From Raillietiella orientalis (taxonomy: Eukaryota), in contig JAYWIR010000135.1 of NCBI GenBank assembly GCA_036172245.1, forward strand, positions 1 through 64,000: a DNA stretch of 64,000 bases. Direction: 5' to 3'. The notes under the pieces were generated by a model. It ran no database searches, was not told where the DNA came from, and saw only the letters and a list, made by a program, of their open reading frames with translations. Positions 26,675 to 40,126 of the stretch are shown piece after piece; the first letter of the stretch is position 1; each line of letters begins with the position of its first letter. The position numbers were made by a program, and so were the translations under genes.

Positions 26675-29035
26675 TGCCACCCGGATACTTCGGGACGTTT
26701 ATTAAAAACATTTCGACAGTTAATACAGAACGTGGTACAAGGCCCCACTGACGGCCACGCAATACCGGAACTGCCGGGACACCGGGACGCAGCCCGGTGT
26801 TGCTCTTCTCGGCAGTGGAGGGATATGGGGGAGAAAACAAAAATAAAATAAAAGAAAAAAACAAACCCTCAAAAAAAGTTTGGAGGGCCGGGAAGGGATC
26901 ACAGAAAACTGCTGGTAGCGCCCATCCTTTGCAGGATGCCTTCTAGTTCCATTTTCGGTTTTCCTAGATGGGGCCATCGGGTAGCTCTCTGCAGGAAGCA
27001 AGAAGCATACTCGATGACGTCCCTCACGATGCAGTCTTCATATTCGGCATCACTCCAGGCCGCCACGATACCACGAATGCAGCAAAGTGCTGCCAGGGCT
27101 GCGGCTGGATGGGGGCGTCCCGCACGAAGACAAGACTGAAGACACATCCAACATTGCCACCATCCGGTATCCGGAAGGCCGTTTTAAGACGATCCCAAAG
27201 AATCTGGACGGCAGGGAATTCAACTAAGAGGTGGAGGAGCGACTTTTGCTCCCCACACCTGGCACACGCAGGATTTACTCTTCCCCGCGTCCAGTGGAAG
27301 CGGCGCGCGATGCAGGGTAGACCCCAATGCAGCCACAGAAGCGCCGATTCTCGCCACTTCAGGGGAAGAATCCAGGATCCAAGTAGAACCGAGTGCCACT
27401 TCAGATCATCCAATCGAATTCCGAGCAACTCGTCCCATCTTTTTAATCCACGCGGCTGGAGACTAGGGGTCGTTGCATCTGTCAACTCTCCCATAGTCCA
27501 ACCGCTCATCATCTCCGCTCTGCCTGCGATACGGCAGCAGACTTGCCACCTTGCCTTCCGGCTTTCGTGAAGCGCCCTCTGAAGGAAGGGAATCGCCGTA
27601 ACAAGAAGTGTGCCTTCCGCCCACGTGCAACTCGGTGGAAATTCAAGAATTTCACGGAGAGTTCGGCGGGCGTAAAAGACGACTCGCAGGCAGTTCCCAC
27701 GGTCTTCGCACCTCTGGTTCTGCTTGGCCCAGGTGCCAGCAGTCTCTTCCAGCCAAGCGGAGGAGTTGGCAGGGCCAGAAACCATCCAGTCGTTCTTCTT
27801 TGCCAGAGTTGCCATGCGGCCGAGCAGTAGACCGCATCTTCGAATCTTCCGGCCAGGGCACAGAAGAAACGATGCGAGTCCTTCGCAGCGGGACACACGC
27901 CTGGCCAGGAGGCGGACCGGAATGCACCAAGCGGTGCTCCACATCTTCGCTGCGATGGCGAGGGTCAGCCATCGCAGCTGGATTTCCACGCGCTCCAGCG
28001 TCAGGAAGCTGATACCGCCGTCCCCACGCGGAGCGCACAATTCCTTCAAAGGGACTCGGGGCCTCCCCTTGTCCCAAAGAGCTATGCGGAGGAGGTCCTT
28101 CGTCCGCTTTTTTGATTCCTCGGGGGCGGGGCAAACAAAAAGCAAGGGGCGGTGGATGGGGGCCGCGTATGCGTTCCAAACCGCGGCCCGTTCCGGCAAG
28201 TGAAACTTGCCTTCCAGGAACAGGCCGATCGCCGTCTCGACTTTTTGGAGGTAGCTGGACCACACTTCCGCAAGGGAGAAGTCCCCCAACGGCACACCGA
28301 GGTACATGATGCACCTCATCTTGAGGATCCCCAGACGGACCCAGTCCTGCTGCCCTGCCCACGTCGCTCCGACTGGCAACACTGACGACTTCGCCCTGTT
28401 AACCTGTAATCCGGCCCCACGGCTAAGCAGGTCGAAGAAATCTCCGACCGCATTCGCCGGGGTGGACATAGGGAGCAGTAGCAGGAGGTCGTCCTCATAT
28501 GCTGAAACCGCAGGCGTTCCGGGGCATTCATGCGGCAGTTGCGCCAGAGTTTCCCTGTAGGCTCTCAGTACCAACTCAAAGTAGGTACTGAAGAGCAAGG
28601 GGCTTAGGCTGTCTCCCTGCCGGATCCCGCGTCGCACCGGCACGCCGTGAACAGTATGCCCGCTGAAAGTAACATTGATTTGCGAATCGTGCCAGCTAGA
28701 GCGCAGATAGGTTAATAATGAGGCCGGGAATCCCAAGCGTTCCAAATGCTCCAGCAGGAGATTATTGTCGACGCTGTCGAATGCTTTACGCAAGTTGACA
28801 ACAACCGCAAGTGCTCCCTTCCCCATCGGACCATCCGTCGCATGACTGACAGACTCACCGGAATTACCGGTGCACATCAAGCTCCTTTCGTGTTGGAGCT
28901 CTAGCCAGGTGAAAGCGTGGAACAGGTTCGCCTCCATGCTTCGCCCCGGAACAGCATACGTCTGTTTCGGGCTGATGAAGGCGTTTGCAACCCGTCCCAA
29001 GCGCTCAGCCCAAACCTTGGCTATCAACTTGGCGT
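26675..29035 (-). mobile_element. Chimeric LINE 3' half (J-type RT N-terminus joined to an E-type 3' end)
   Basis: Open frame 27024-29035 with RT (YEDD) and zinc finger; terminus AATAAACGTCCCGAAGTATCCGGGTG-GCA. Confidence 0.85.
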
Positions 29036-32023
29036 GCGGACGTGTTTTCTCCGCGCTCCTCTGTGGCTGTTGTAAAGCCTTTTTTTTCGTTAGTGTTTGT
29101 GTGCGGAGCATCTGCGGTGTCCAATGGCAGAAATGCCTGAGGACACCGCGATGAAAGTCGGCGGGGGAGAGGATTGCTTCTCTCCCCAACCTATTGAGGT
29201 GGGGGCAACCGCCCCCACGGAGGAGAGAGCAACCGCTTCCTTGAAAAAGGAAGCATCCGCCTCTCCGGAAACGAGGGCTACTGCCACCTTGAAAAAGGGA
29301 GCAACCCTCCTCGTGCAAAAGGCCGCAACCGCCCCCTTGAAAAAGGGGACAACCGCCGCTTTGGAAAAGGGCGCAAACGCCACCTTGAAAAAGGGGGCAA
29401 CCGCGTCCTTGGATCCACCTGCCCCATGCACGAAGACCTGGAGCTTCGTGGCTGCAGCGCCATCTCCTGCTGCCTTAGCAGAACAACGGGTCTACCTGGA
29501 ACAAGGATACAAGCCGTCCTTGATTTAGAAGGTAGGAAACCTGCTTGTAGGGAACACCGCTCGTAACTTTGAAAGGAAGTTACAGCCGTTGGATGTCAAA
29601 AAGGAACACCTGGAAGGTCTCTCCGTGATGAGTGGGGGCCACCGAGTGGAGCAAACTTGCAAAAATGCAAGTCTGAATCAACGCCTGCTAAACACTCCCA
29701 TCACTCTAGAAGGCCGAAAGGTCTTCCTTGTAACGGAGGACCGCTCCATTGTTGCTCACCTTACAGGTGTAACTCTTCGTATGACCAAAGCTGGCGTTCA
29801 AGAAAAGTTGCAAAAGCATGGTACGGTGCACGCGCTCTGGACCAAGCCCAACGTCTTCCAAACATACGGAAGACTGTTCAGTGGCATGGCTGCAGCGTGT
29901 GTGACGGTTCACGAAAACATTGGGTTGCCCCACAAACTCGACGACGGCAACGAGGTCGTCGACGTCTGGTACGTGGGCAAGCCCAAGTACTGAGGGCACT
30001 GTGATGCAACAGGGCACCATAAAATGGTGCCCTCACATCCAGTGTTTTCACTGCGAAGAGAAGGCCCACCTTCAAAAAGTGTGCTCTATTCGGGAACCTC
30101 CAGCGCCCTCTCATTTGAAAAAAGGTAAGGAAACACGATCCGAGAAAACAAGCAAGACCACTGAAACAAAGGAAAGGCCAAGCAAAAAGCCAGAGTCCGA
30201 AAGCTCAGGAAACGGCGGTCGAGAAAACTCCCGACGACGTTGGTGACAAAGAGGACTGGCGCACAGCGAAGCCGACAAGAAGAAAAATTCGAAAAACCGA
30301 AGAACCGACTACGGAACCCGCGACCACTTCTCTAAGTAGAAGGCAACGCCGCGCTTTGCTCCGTGGATGTTCGGTCGCTTTGGATCGAGAGGAGATCCCC
30401 GATAGCTCCACCGGGGGATATATCTCTCGCCTCGTTGATGCCGAAGCCGCGATGGAGGAAAGCAAACCCTCTGTGCAAACAAAGGGGGCGCCGAGCGACG
30501 CGCTCGCCGCAATCGAGGACGCCGCCTTCCAGCAGGCGGCGGAAGAGCTCGCGGCATAACTCGCGGAGCGTGAGAACGGCGCGCGAAAGGCCTTGCGAAG
30601 GCCGGCCGCGAGCAGTGCACCTCGGATTGGTGAACACGAACCGGATGCCGGAAGCGCGTCCTCCTCCGCGGAGGCGCCTCCGAAGAAGACTGGACGGAAG
30701 TCCAAGAATCCCAAGAGGCGCATCCGGACAAAGAAGGAGGAAGACGCACCGGCATCCGAGGGGGGAGCCGGCAGAGTGGGAACGGAGGGAGGGATTTTCC
30801 CACCCTCCGCTACCGAGCAACTGGAGACATCCATGGAGGAGGGGGATAAGGTGAGTGATTGCCGCCTTCTCTTAACGGTGGAACCTGTCCAGGAGATAGC
30901 CATGGAGGAGGGGGAGCAGACAGCTGACAGCCGCTTTCCCCTGCCGTCCAACGCAGCTGACGAATCGGCAACCATTGTAGAGGGGGAGTAGGTGCGTGAA
31001 ACCCGCCCCCTTCAGCCGTTGCGGTCCGCCGAGGAATCGGCCCCCATGGAGAAGTTAGAACCGGTGTGCGGTGATCCCGTTCCTCCATCCGTCTTGCCCG
31101 ACCAGGTGGCGGCAGCCCCATTGCCACTTTCCCAGGAGTAACACCTGGGCTCGCCTGTTGCCGTCGATTACGCGTGGAATGCTGGAACGTGAACGGGCTG
31201 CGCGACGACGGCAACAGACGGGAAATGGCCGCCACCCTGCGCGACTTCGACCTGGCACTTCTGCAGGAGATCCACGTGATCACCGCGTAGAACGCCCAGG
31301 AGATCGATAGGATCGCAGGGGGACGGTTGATGTGGGAATGCGGCACCCGATACACCTGCGGCGTCGCGTTTTTTATGAAGCCGGCAGTCGACGCAGCCGT
31401 GAAGGGCGCGCGCTTCGACGAAGCCGGTCGTGTCGGCCAGCTGATTCTCTGGTGGTCCGACACGATCGACCTCGTCGTAACAAATGTGTACGCTCCGAGC
31501 GGTCCTACCAGGTACCAGGAACGTAAGGCGTTCCTGGAAACCCTGAAGCGCGACTGGCTGGTCTAAGCGAACGTGCGCTTGGCTTACCTGATAGCGGGAG
31601 ACTTTAATCTCCGCCTGCTATCAGGTGAGCCACACGCACAGGAACGGACGGCTAACGAGTTGTGCGCCGCCATGCGCACGCGCTACTTGTTAGGGTATCT
31701 TTCGGAAATGGTCATCTGCATCGACCACGTCTTCCTGGATGTCGACCTGTGTTTACGGGTCGGCAAACGGTGGAAAGTTGCGTCGGAGTTGTCTGACCAT
31801 TTCCGGTTGATATTCGAGGTGTGCCCGCGCGACAAGGGCCCCCCATTCAGGGCGTGGGGTTTGCCTGGTTACTGGCCGCGACTCTCAGGTGCGAAAAAAC
31901 ACCTTCGCGAATTCCTGAGAGGCGTCACCCTCCGCAATCTCGCTGATTGGGACCTTTTTAAGGCCTCGGTCCGCGAGTTTTGCGATGAGTTCCCCTTGCA
32001 CCTCCTGCCCCGGTGATTTGGGG
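29036..32023 (+). mobile_element. 5' half of LINE copy C2 (5' UTR, ORF1 29124-31141, endonuclease)
   Basis: GCGGACGTG start; collinear with C1; cut at LLPR*FG by D2. Confidence 0.9.
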
Positions 32024-35000
32024 TTGTCACCCGGGTACGCCCGGGGCGTTCATTGAAATTACTCTGCATGAACGTGGTACGAGGCTTCACTAACGGCCAC
32101 ACAACACCGGACCTGCCGGGACGCCGGGACGCAGCCCGGCGTGACGCTTCTCGGCAGTGGAGGGGGATAGGGATCAAAAAAAAAGAAAAATAAATATAAG
32201 GAAAACAAAAAAAAGAGTTTGGAGGGAGAGGAAGGGATCACAATCCACTGGGAGGAGGGCCCATCCTTCGCAGGATGCCCTCCAGATCCATCTTCATGCT
32301 TCCCAGATGGGGCCATCTCGCAGCTCTACGCATGAAGCAGACCGCATACGGGATGACATCCTTCGCGTTGGCATCCACTCCTTCGTCGCGAATGTCGCTC
32401 CAGGCCGCCACGATGCCCCGAATGCAGCAGAGGGCTGCGAGGGCTACGGCGGGCTGCAAGGCGTCCCTCACGAAGAGGGGCCGAAGAACGTCTCTGGGCG
32501 CGCTGCCCATTGGGAGCCCGAGGGTCGTCCCGAACCGTTCCCACAGGGGTCGGAGGGCAGCACAGTCAACAAGTAGGTGGGGGAGCGATTCCCTCTCCCC
32601 GCACCTGGCACACTCAGGCCTTACACTTCCCCGCGTCCAGTGGAAGCGGCGCGCGTTGCAGGGTAGACCCCAGCGCAAAAGCAGCAGCGCCGACTCTTGC
32701 CACTACAGGGGGAGAAGCCTGGATCCGATTAATATTGGGAGCCACTTCAGGTCATCCGTCGGGATGCCGAGCAGCTCTCCCCAGAGACGAAGTCCACGCG
32801 GGAGGGCACTCGGGGTCGTGGCATCTGCAAGTTCTCCCATGGTCCAACCGCTCATCTACTTTTCCTTGCCTGCGATTCGGCAGGAGACTTGCCACTTTGG
32901 CTTGCGGCCACTGGTAAAAGCCGTCTGTAGGAAGGGCAGGGTCGAGGCTAGAGGGGTAGTCTCCGTCCCCGTGCTCCTGGCGGGACACTCCAGAGTAGTC
33001 CGCAGTGTGCAGCAGGAGTTGGGGCCGAATCGCAGGCGGTTCCAGTCCGGGGAAGTTTGGAGGTTCAGCTTGGCCCACGTCGCAACGGATTCCTCCAGCC
33101 AGGCGGAAGAGTTGGCGAGACTGCATACCGTCCAGCCGTTGTCTCTCACCAGGGCTTCCATGCGCCCAAGGTGAAGGCCGCATCTTCTGACCTTCCTGTA
33201 AGAGCACAGAAGGTACGACGCGAGTCCTTCCTTCCTGGACACGTAAGCTGGCAAAAATGCGGGCCGGAACGCACCAAGGGGTGCTTCATGACTTTGCTGC
33301 GATGGCGAGGGTGCGCCATCGCAGCTGTATGTCCAGGCGCTCCAGCGTCAGGAGGCCGAGACCGCCGTCCCGACGAGGAGCGCATTAGTCATCCAGACGC
33401 ATAAGTGGCCTCCCGCTGCCCCAGAGGGCGATGCGGAGTAGGTCCTTGATCCTCTTTTTAATGTCACGGGGGACGAAGCAAACAAAAAGCAGGGGGAGGA
33501 GGATGGGAGCCGCGAACGCGTTCCACACCGCAGAAGGAACTTGCCTTCCAGGAACGGGCCGATTGCCAACTCTACCTTCTGGAGACGACCTGACCAGGCT
33601 TCTGCGAGGCAGAAGTCCCCCAACGGGACACCCAGGTACTTCAGATACCTGGCCGTGGGGATCCCCAAGAGGATCCAGTCAGGCCGTCCGACCCACGTCG
33701 CACCCACCGGTACGACCGACGACTTCGCTTGTTTACCCGCAGTCCAGTCCCACGACTTAGCAGGTCGAAGAAATCCTGGACTGCGTCTGCCGGGGCGGAC
33801 ATGGGCAACATGAGCAGAAGATCGTCGGCGTATGCTGCAACGGCGGGCGTGCCGGGGCACGAGCTGGGCAGGGCAGCCAAAGTCACCCTGTACGCTCTCA
33901 GCACCAACTCAAAGTAGGTGCTGAAGAGCAGGGGGCTGAGGCCATCGCCCTGCCGTATGCCCCGCCGCACCGGCACGCCGTACACCTGTTGGCTGCAAAA
34001 AACGATGTTGACAATGGCATTGCGCCAGCATGAGCGAGGTAGGAGAGAAGGGAGGGTGGGAAGCCCATGCGACCCAGGAGCTCCAACAGTAGCTCCTGGT
34101 CAACGCAGTCGAACTCCTTATGGAGATCGACCGCGATGGCTAGGGCCCCCGCCCCAGCCCGGGTGTCCATTCCCAGCCCAGCTGGCGGCCCCAAAGTGGG
34201 GTTGCCAATCTTTCCGTCAGTTTCATTTAGACAGCGCTGCACATGGAACCACGTGCTCGCGAAGAAGAGGTTGGCATCCATACTTCGCTCGGGAACAGCA
34301 TATATATGCTCCGGGCTAATTACGGATTCTGCCACTTGTCCCAGACGCGAAGCCCATAGCCCGGCAACCAACTTGGCGTCCGTATTCACAATCGTGATCG
34401 GACGCCAGTTGTTGAAATTCCTAAGGTCCCCCCTTTCGGAAGGAGCCTTACTCTGGCTGACCTAAACGAAGCGGGAACATCGCCTTCGTCTCGGATCAGC
34501 CTTGTCAGCTGAAGCAGCAGGGGTGCCAGCTCTTCCGCGAAGCTCTGATAGAACTCCGCGGGCAAGCCGTCTTCCCCTGGAGCTTTCCGGTTCTTGAGCC
34601 TTTTGATACCGGCGAGAATTTCGCCTATGGTAAAAGACTCATCGAGGCTTAACGACTCCTCCTCCCCTATTGCCGCGGCAGCATTCGGAAGCAAGAGCCG
34701 AGTGGCATCTTGATCCGGGGGCGCCCTGGCTTAAATGGAGGAATAATAACTCCGCACGAGATGCCGTACCGACGCCGGGGACGAACATTCCCGGCCCTGG
34801 TCGTCCAGCAAGCTGGCCGACCCGGATTGCCAGGCTTGGCGTTCGGCCCCTGCGCAATACTCGGCCAGGCGACGGGCATTAGGGGTTCGCTCGTACCTAC
34901 GGGCCTGTAAATAGACCCGATGGTTGAGAGCACCCTCGCCGAAACCGGAGGGCAGGCGTTCCAGGGGGAACTGCTCGCAGAACTCTCGGACCGATTCCTA

Positions 35001-37702
35001 AAATAGGTCCCAGTCCTGGAGATTCCGGAGCGTCGAGCGGACGTGTGTTTTCGTTGCTCCTGAGTTTCATTTCCGTTTGTGCTTGTGCGTGGTGTCGGTG
35101 CAGGATTAGGCAGCAATGCCTGATACCACAACCGGTGAGGATCCGGGGGCGATGACCTCATTGCCCCCGGAGGAGATGGAGGTGGGGGCTCCCGCATCAG
35201 TAGAGGCTTCCGTCAGCATGGATGCGCCCCCGGCCCTACCCAGGGCTTGGAACACCGTGACTGTGGCACCTACGCCAGCAACTATGGCGGAAATGCGCGC
35301 TTACCTGGAGGAGGGGTATAACCCACCCCTTCTATATAAGGTAGGCGGTTCATATTCTCCCGAGAACGCGCGCGCCTTTTCGCAGGCGATGCGCGTTCTC
35401 GGTGTACAAAAAGAGGAGCTTCTGGCTAAATCCGTCAGAAGCGGGGGTCAATTTGTGGAAGTTATCGCAAGGAGGCAACTCTTGCGCAGAGACTTCTGCG
35501 TACCCCCGTAATTATGGGCAGCCGACGGCTTCTCCCAATTACTGAAGACCGGTCGGTGATCATTCACCTGACCGGTATCACGTTCCGGATGACGGAGGAG
35601 GCCGTCCGGTACGAATTGGAAAAATAAGCAACTGTCCACGCGCTGTGGGGAAAGCCTACTCCTTTTGTCGATTACGTCGGGGTGCTTGGCGGCTTGGGTG
35701 CAGCGCGAGTGACGGTTCCCGAGAGATGTGAGTTTCCCCACAAACTCACCGTCAACGGTGAATCCGTTGACGTGTGGTACGTGGGGAAACCAAAGTTTTG
35801 CGGCTGCTGAAGAAGCTTTGGTCACCATAAAATAAGGTGTCCGAGCGTGCAGTGCCAGCAATGTGAACAAGCGGGGCACACCCGTCTGGTGTGCCTCCAA
35901 CACGCAGTCCGCGTCGTGTCCGCGAAAAACGCGAGAAAGCGCGCGGCTAAGAAGAGGAAAAAGCTGGCAACTCGTGCTGCTGCTAAGAAGTCACTTCCGC
36001 CACCAAGGCGTAGGCCAGCCCCGAGACCCCTGCGAAAAACGCCGAAAACGTCGAGGGCGAGGGTCAAGAGCCAGGGTGGCAGAAGGTCGATCCCAAGGAA
36101 AACTCCCATAAGAAGGGAAAGAACGTGGCGAAACGGAGCGAAACAGCTCTGCGCCGCGAAAAAATTAAAAGCTGCTGCGTCGTTGTAGAGCGGATTTCCG
36201 CCATCGACGAATGCGGCTCTAAAGAACTCGCTGCTGCCCCTGCTCAACCCTCCGTTGACAAAGTCAACAAGGAGGGGAGCGAGGCGGCGGCGTCCGTCAT
36301 CCATCCCACGCTAGATGACGTCGCCTTCGAGCGCGCCGCGGAGGAGCTGGCTGCCTCGTTGCAGCCGGTGGCCCCCAAGGATGGCAAGAAGGCCGTCAGT
36401 CGTCCGGCTTCCCCTCAGGAGTCGGCCACTTCCGATCCCGAGGTGAAGGCCGGAAACACAGCATCCATCTCCGCGGCACCCCGCAAAAAGGCAGGACGAA
36501 AGTCCACAATGTCCCGGAAGATCGTCTTTCCCTACGAGGGGAAGAGATGGCTTCCATTAGCGAGGGTGCCATGAGGGTGAGAAACTCTCGGGACCCGTCG
36601 CCGGAGAGAATTCCACGGTCGGACACGGAGGGGATGGTGAGGATGTAGTCCGAACAGGTACCACAGGCGCCTAAAGAGGACTCCGTCCGCGTACCGATGG
36701 ACCTTACCTACACCTGACCCGCGGCAGGAGTCGCGACGCCACTTTCCCAGCCATAATGCCGGGAATCGCCTCTCGCCGTCGTCTTCTGATCGCCTGTTGG
36801 AACGTGAACGGGCTAAGCGACGACGGCAAGAGGCGTGACGCGGCCGCCACCCTGGCATCCTTCGACCTGGTGCTGCTGCAGGAGATTCACGTGATCTCCG
36901 CAGATCAAGCCCTGGAGATCGAACGGATCTCGGGTGGGCGGCTGTTGTGGCGTTGCGGCCCCGCGAAATCAAGCGGTGTCGCCTTCCTGCTTCGGCCAGC
37001 CATCGACACCGCAATAAAGGACGTTTGGTTCGATGACGCAGGTCGCGTCGGTCAGCTGACTCTCAGCTGGTCCGACTCTATCGACCTGGTCGTCACCAAC
37101 CTATACGCTCCTAGCAAAAACGCCGCGTTGAGGGCGAAGGCAAGAAGGGAGTTCTACCTTGTCCGGAGACGCGATTGGCTGACCGATGCTGGAGTTCGCA
37201 AAGCGCACCTGATGGCAGGTGATTTCAACCTGCGCCTGCTTTCTGGTGCGCCGGATACACTGAACGACCGCGGCAACAAGTTGTGCGCAGAAATGAACAC
37301 GCGCAACTTGTTTGCCGGGGACACGGCCATGGAAAGCAGCATCGATCACGTGTACCTCGAACAGCACCTATGCTCTCGGGTGGGCAGGCGCAGCTAGGTA
37401 CCATCCGAGCTGTCGGACCATGGTCGGATGATGTTTAAAGTGCGTCCGCGCGACAAGGGCCCCCCTCGTCAGCGTGGCGTCTGCAAGGGGACTGGCTGAA
37501 GTTTCCCGACGCGGCGGAGCACCTCCGCGCGTTTATTCGGAGCTTCAGGATGCAGACACTTCAGGACTGGGACCGCTTCAAGCGGTCGGTCCAGGAGTTC
37601 TGCGACCAGTTCCCCCTGCATCGCCTACCTCAGGGATTTGAGGAAGGGCTGCGTAACGAAAGGTGCTATCTTTAGGCGCGACGTTACGCGAGAACCCACG
37701 AA

Positions 37703-39382
37703 ATGCGCAAGTTAGCAGAGTATCGAGCGGGAGCCGAGAGGCAAGCGTGGCAATCCGGGTCGGCCAGCTTGCTGGACGACCAGGGCCGAGAGCACTCGGT
37801 TATAGCTCAGAAACGCGGAATAGTTAGAAAATTTTACTCCTCCCTGTACGCCAGGGCGCCTCCGGAGCAGGCAGTCTCGCGACTCCTGCTTCCGGAAGGT
37901 GCTCTAGCAATCGGGGAGGAGGAGAAAAGGAACCTCGACGAGCCTTTCACGATGGGCGAGATCATCTCAGCCATCGGAAAGCTCAAGAGGCGAAAGGCTC
38001 CAGGGAAGGACGGCCTGCCTGCGCAGTTTTATCAAACTTTCGCGGCAGAGCTTACTCGCTTAATACATCAGCTCACTTTGCTGATCCTCGAAACAGGTGA
38101 CGTTCCCACCGCGTTTCGTTCAGCAAAGGTGCGGCTCCTCCCGAAGGGAGGAGACCTTAGGAGCATGAACAGCTGGCGTCCCATCACAATAGTGAATGCG
38201 GACGCCAAGTTGCTAGTTGAGCTGTGGGCAGAGCGCCTGGGACGGGTCGCCAACATCTTCATCAGCTCGGAACAGACGTATGCTGTTACCGAGCGAAGTC
38301 TGGATGCGAACCTGTTTCACGCTTCCACATGGTTAGAGCACCAACAAGGAAGGAGCATAATAAGCAACAGGAATTCCGGTGCGTCCGTCGGTGGGGGACG
38401 GGATGGTCGAGAGGGGAGAGGAGCCGTCGCGGTCGCAGACGATTTGCATAAAGCATTCGATTGCCTCGACCAGAATCTCCTTTTGGAGCTTCTGCAACGC
38501 TTGGGCTTCCCAGCCTCTTTGCTGGCCTACCTGCGCTCCAGCTGGCGCGACGCGCTTATTAATGTTTTCTTTAGTGGATCCACCGTGTACGGCGTACCTG
38601 TGCGACGCGGCATCCGGCAGGGAGACAGCCTCAGCCCCTTGCTTTTCAGCGCCTATTTCGAATTGGTGCTGAGAGCATACAGGGAGACTCTGGCACACCT
38701 GCCGTGCGATTGTCCCGGTACGCCTGCGGTTTCGGCGTACGCGGACGATCTTCTGCTGCTGCTGCCTATGTCCACCCCAGCCTCGGCGGTCGAGGACTTC
38801 TTCGACCTACTGAGTCGTGGAACAGGACTCACGGTGAACAGGGCGAAGTCGTCCGTAATGCCAGTAGGAGCGGCGTGGGCAGGGCAGCAGGACTGGGTCC
38901 GTTTGGGGATCCCCACGGTGAGGTACTTCAAGTACCTTGGTGTGCCGTTGGGGGACTACTCCCCTGCGAAGGGGTGGTCCCGCTGCCTTCAGAAGGCTCA
39001 GGCGGCGATCGGCCCGTTCCAGGACGGCAGGTTCTACCTGCAGGAACGGGCCGCGGCGTGGAACGCGTTTGCGGCTTCCCTCCTTCGCTCCTTGCTTTTT
39101 GTTTGCCCCCCCTCAGCGGAGTCAAAGAAGAGGACAAAGGACCTCCTGAGGATCGCCCTTTGGGGCAGACGGAGGCCCCGAGTCCGTTTTTCGGACTTGT
39201 GCGCTCCTCGTCGGGATGGTGGTCTGGGCCTCCTGACGTTGGAGCGGCTGGAGCTACAGCTCCAGTTCCGAGTTGTTGCCTTTATGGCAGAAAATTGGTG
39301 CACCCCTTGGTGCCTCCCTGCACGTCTCCTCGTCGAGCGTGCCACCTGCAATCCTGGACTCTCGTTCTACTTTCCACTATGA
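37703..39382 (+). pseudogene. RT region of B2 ORF2 (559 aa open segment)
   Basis: KAPGKDGL, SWRPI, KAFD, QGDSLSPLLF, YADD, KYLGV. Confidence 0.93.
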
Positions 39383-40126
39383 GGGTCCGTCTGCCACTGC
39401 GGACTGCAACTTCGGAGGGCGGCCAAGCTCCTGAAGACCAACTAGGCGCAGATCCTCGTACGCTTCGCGAACGGTCCTGCCTGGTTGCAGGAAACCGTCC
39501 GCACGTGGGCGATGATTCAAGAGCAGAGCCCGCAACACGAGCAAATAGCTCTGTTCGGGCCGCATGTCCACCGCACGCTCCAAGAAATCATCGAGAATCC
39601 CCGAAGGAGAGCGTGGGCATAAAGATCCTCCCTTGCTGCGCTACTGCCTACCCTACGGGAACATCTGGGCAGCGACGTCGCGGCACAATGGTAGGTTACT
39701 GTCAAGATCGCCAGCAGGGCAAAGAAGATCGGGGATTGGAGAACGGGTCAGCTCACCAACGCTGCGTCCCCGAGGACCACCCCAAATGGACTGTTGCGCT
39801 GGGGAGAGCTACTGGATGTTCCAGAGGAACATCTCGAGTGGCCCCCGGTGCTCATGGACTCGCGCACCCTCCCCATGAAGTGGCAACAGTCGGCACTGCT
39901 TTTACACCCGGGTGCGCCGGGGCGTTTTTTTCTTTAATAAAAAAAAATAAACAAGCAAGTGTAGGGCTATCGTCCCTACAGTGTTCAGAACATGTTCTTC
40001 TGAACTCGCCGAGTGGGCAGCACGCAGGCTCCCAAGGTCGACTCGGCAGCAAAGGGGGAAGGGACAAATAGGAAAAAGCAAAAAGAAAACACTATTTACA
40101 AAAGCAGGGAGGGGTTGGAGGAGGGA

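Noticed and set aside
27024..29318. 764 aa ORF as an intact gene
   Set aside because: The N-terminus is antisense C2 sequence, EN is absent and the catalytic motif is YEDD.
38704..40071. Long alternative-frame and antisense ORFs, for example this 455 aa one
   Set aside because: These are shadow ORFs of GC-rich coding DNA with no recognisable motifs and no conservation between copies.
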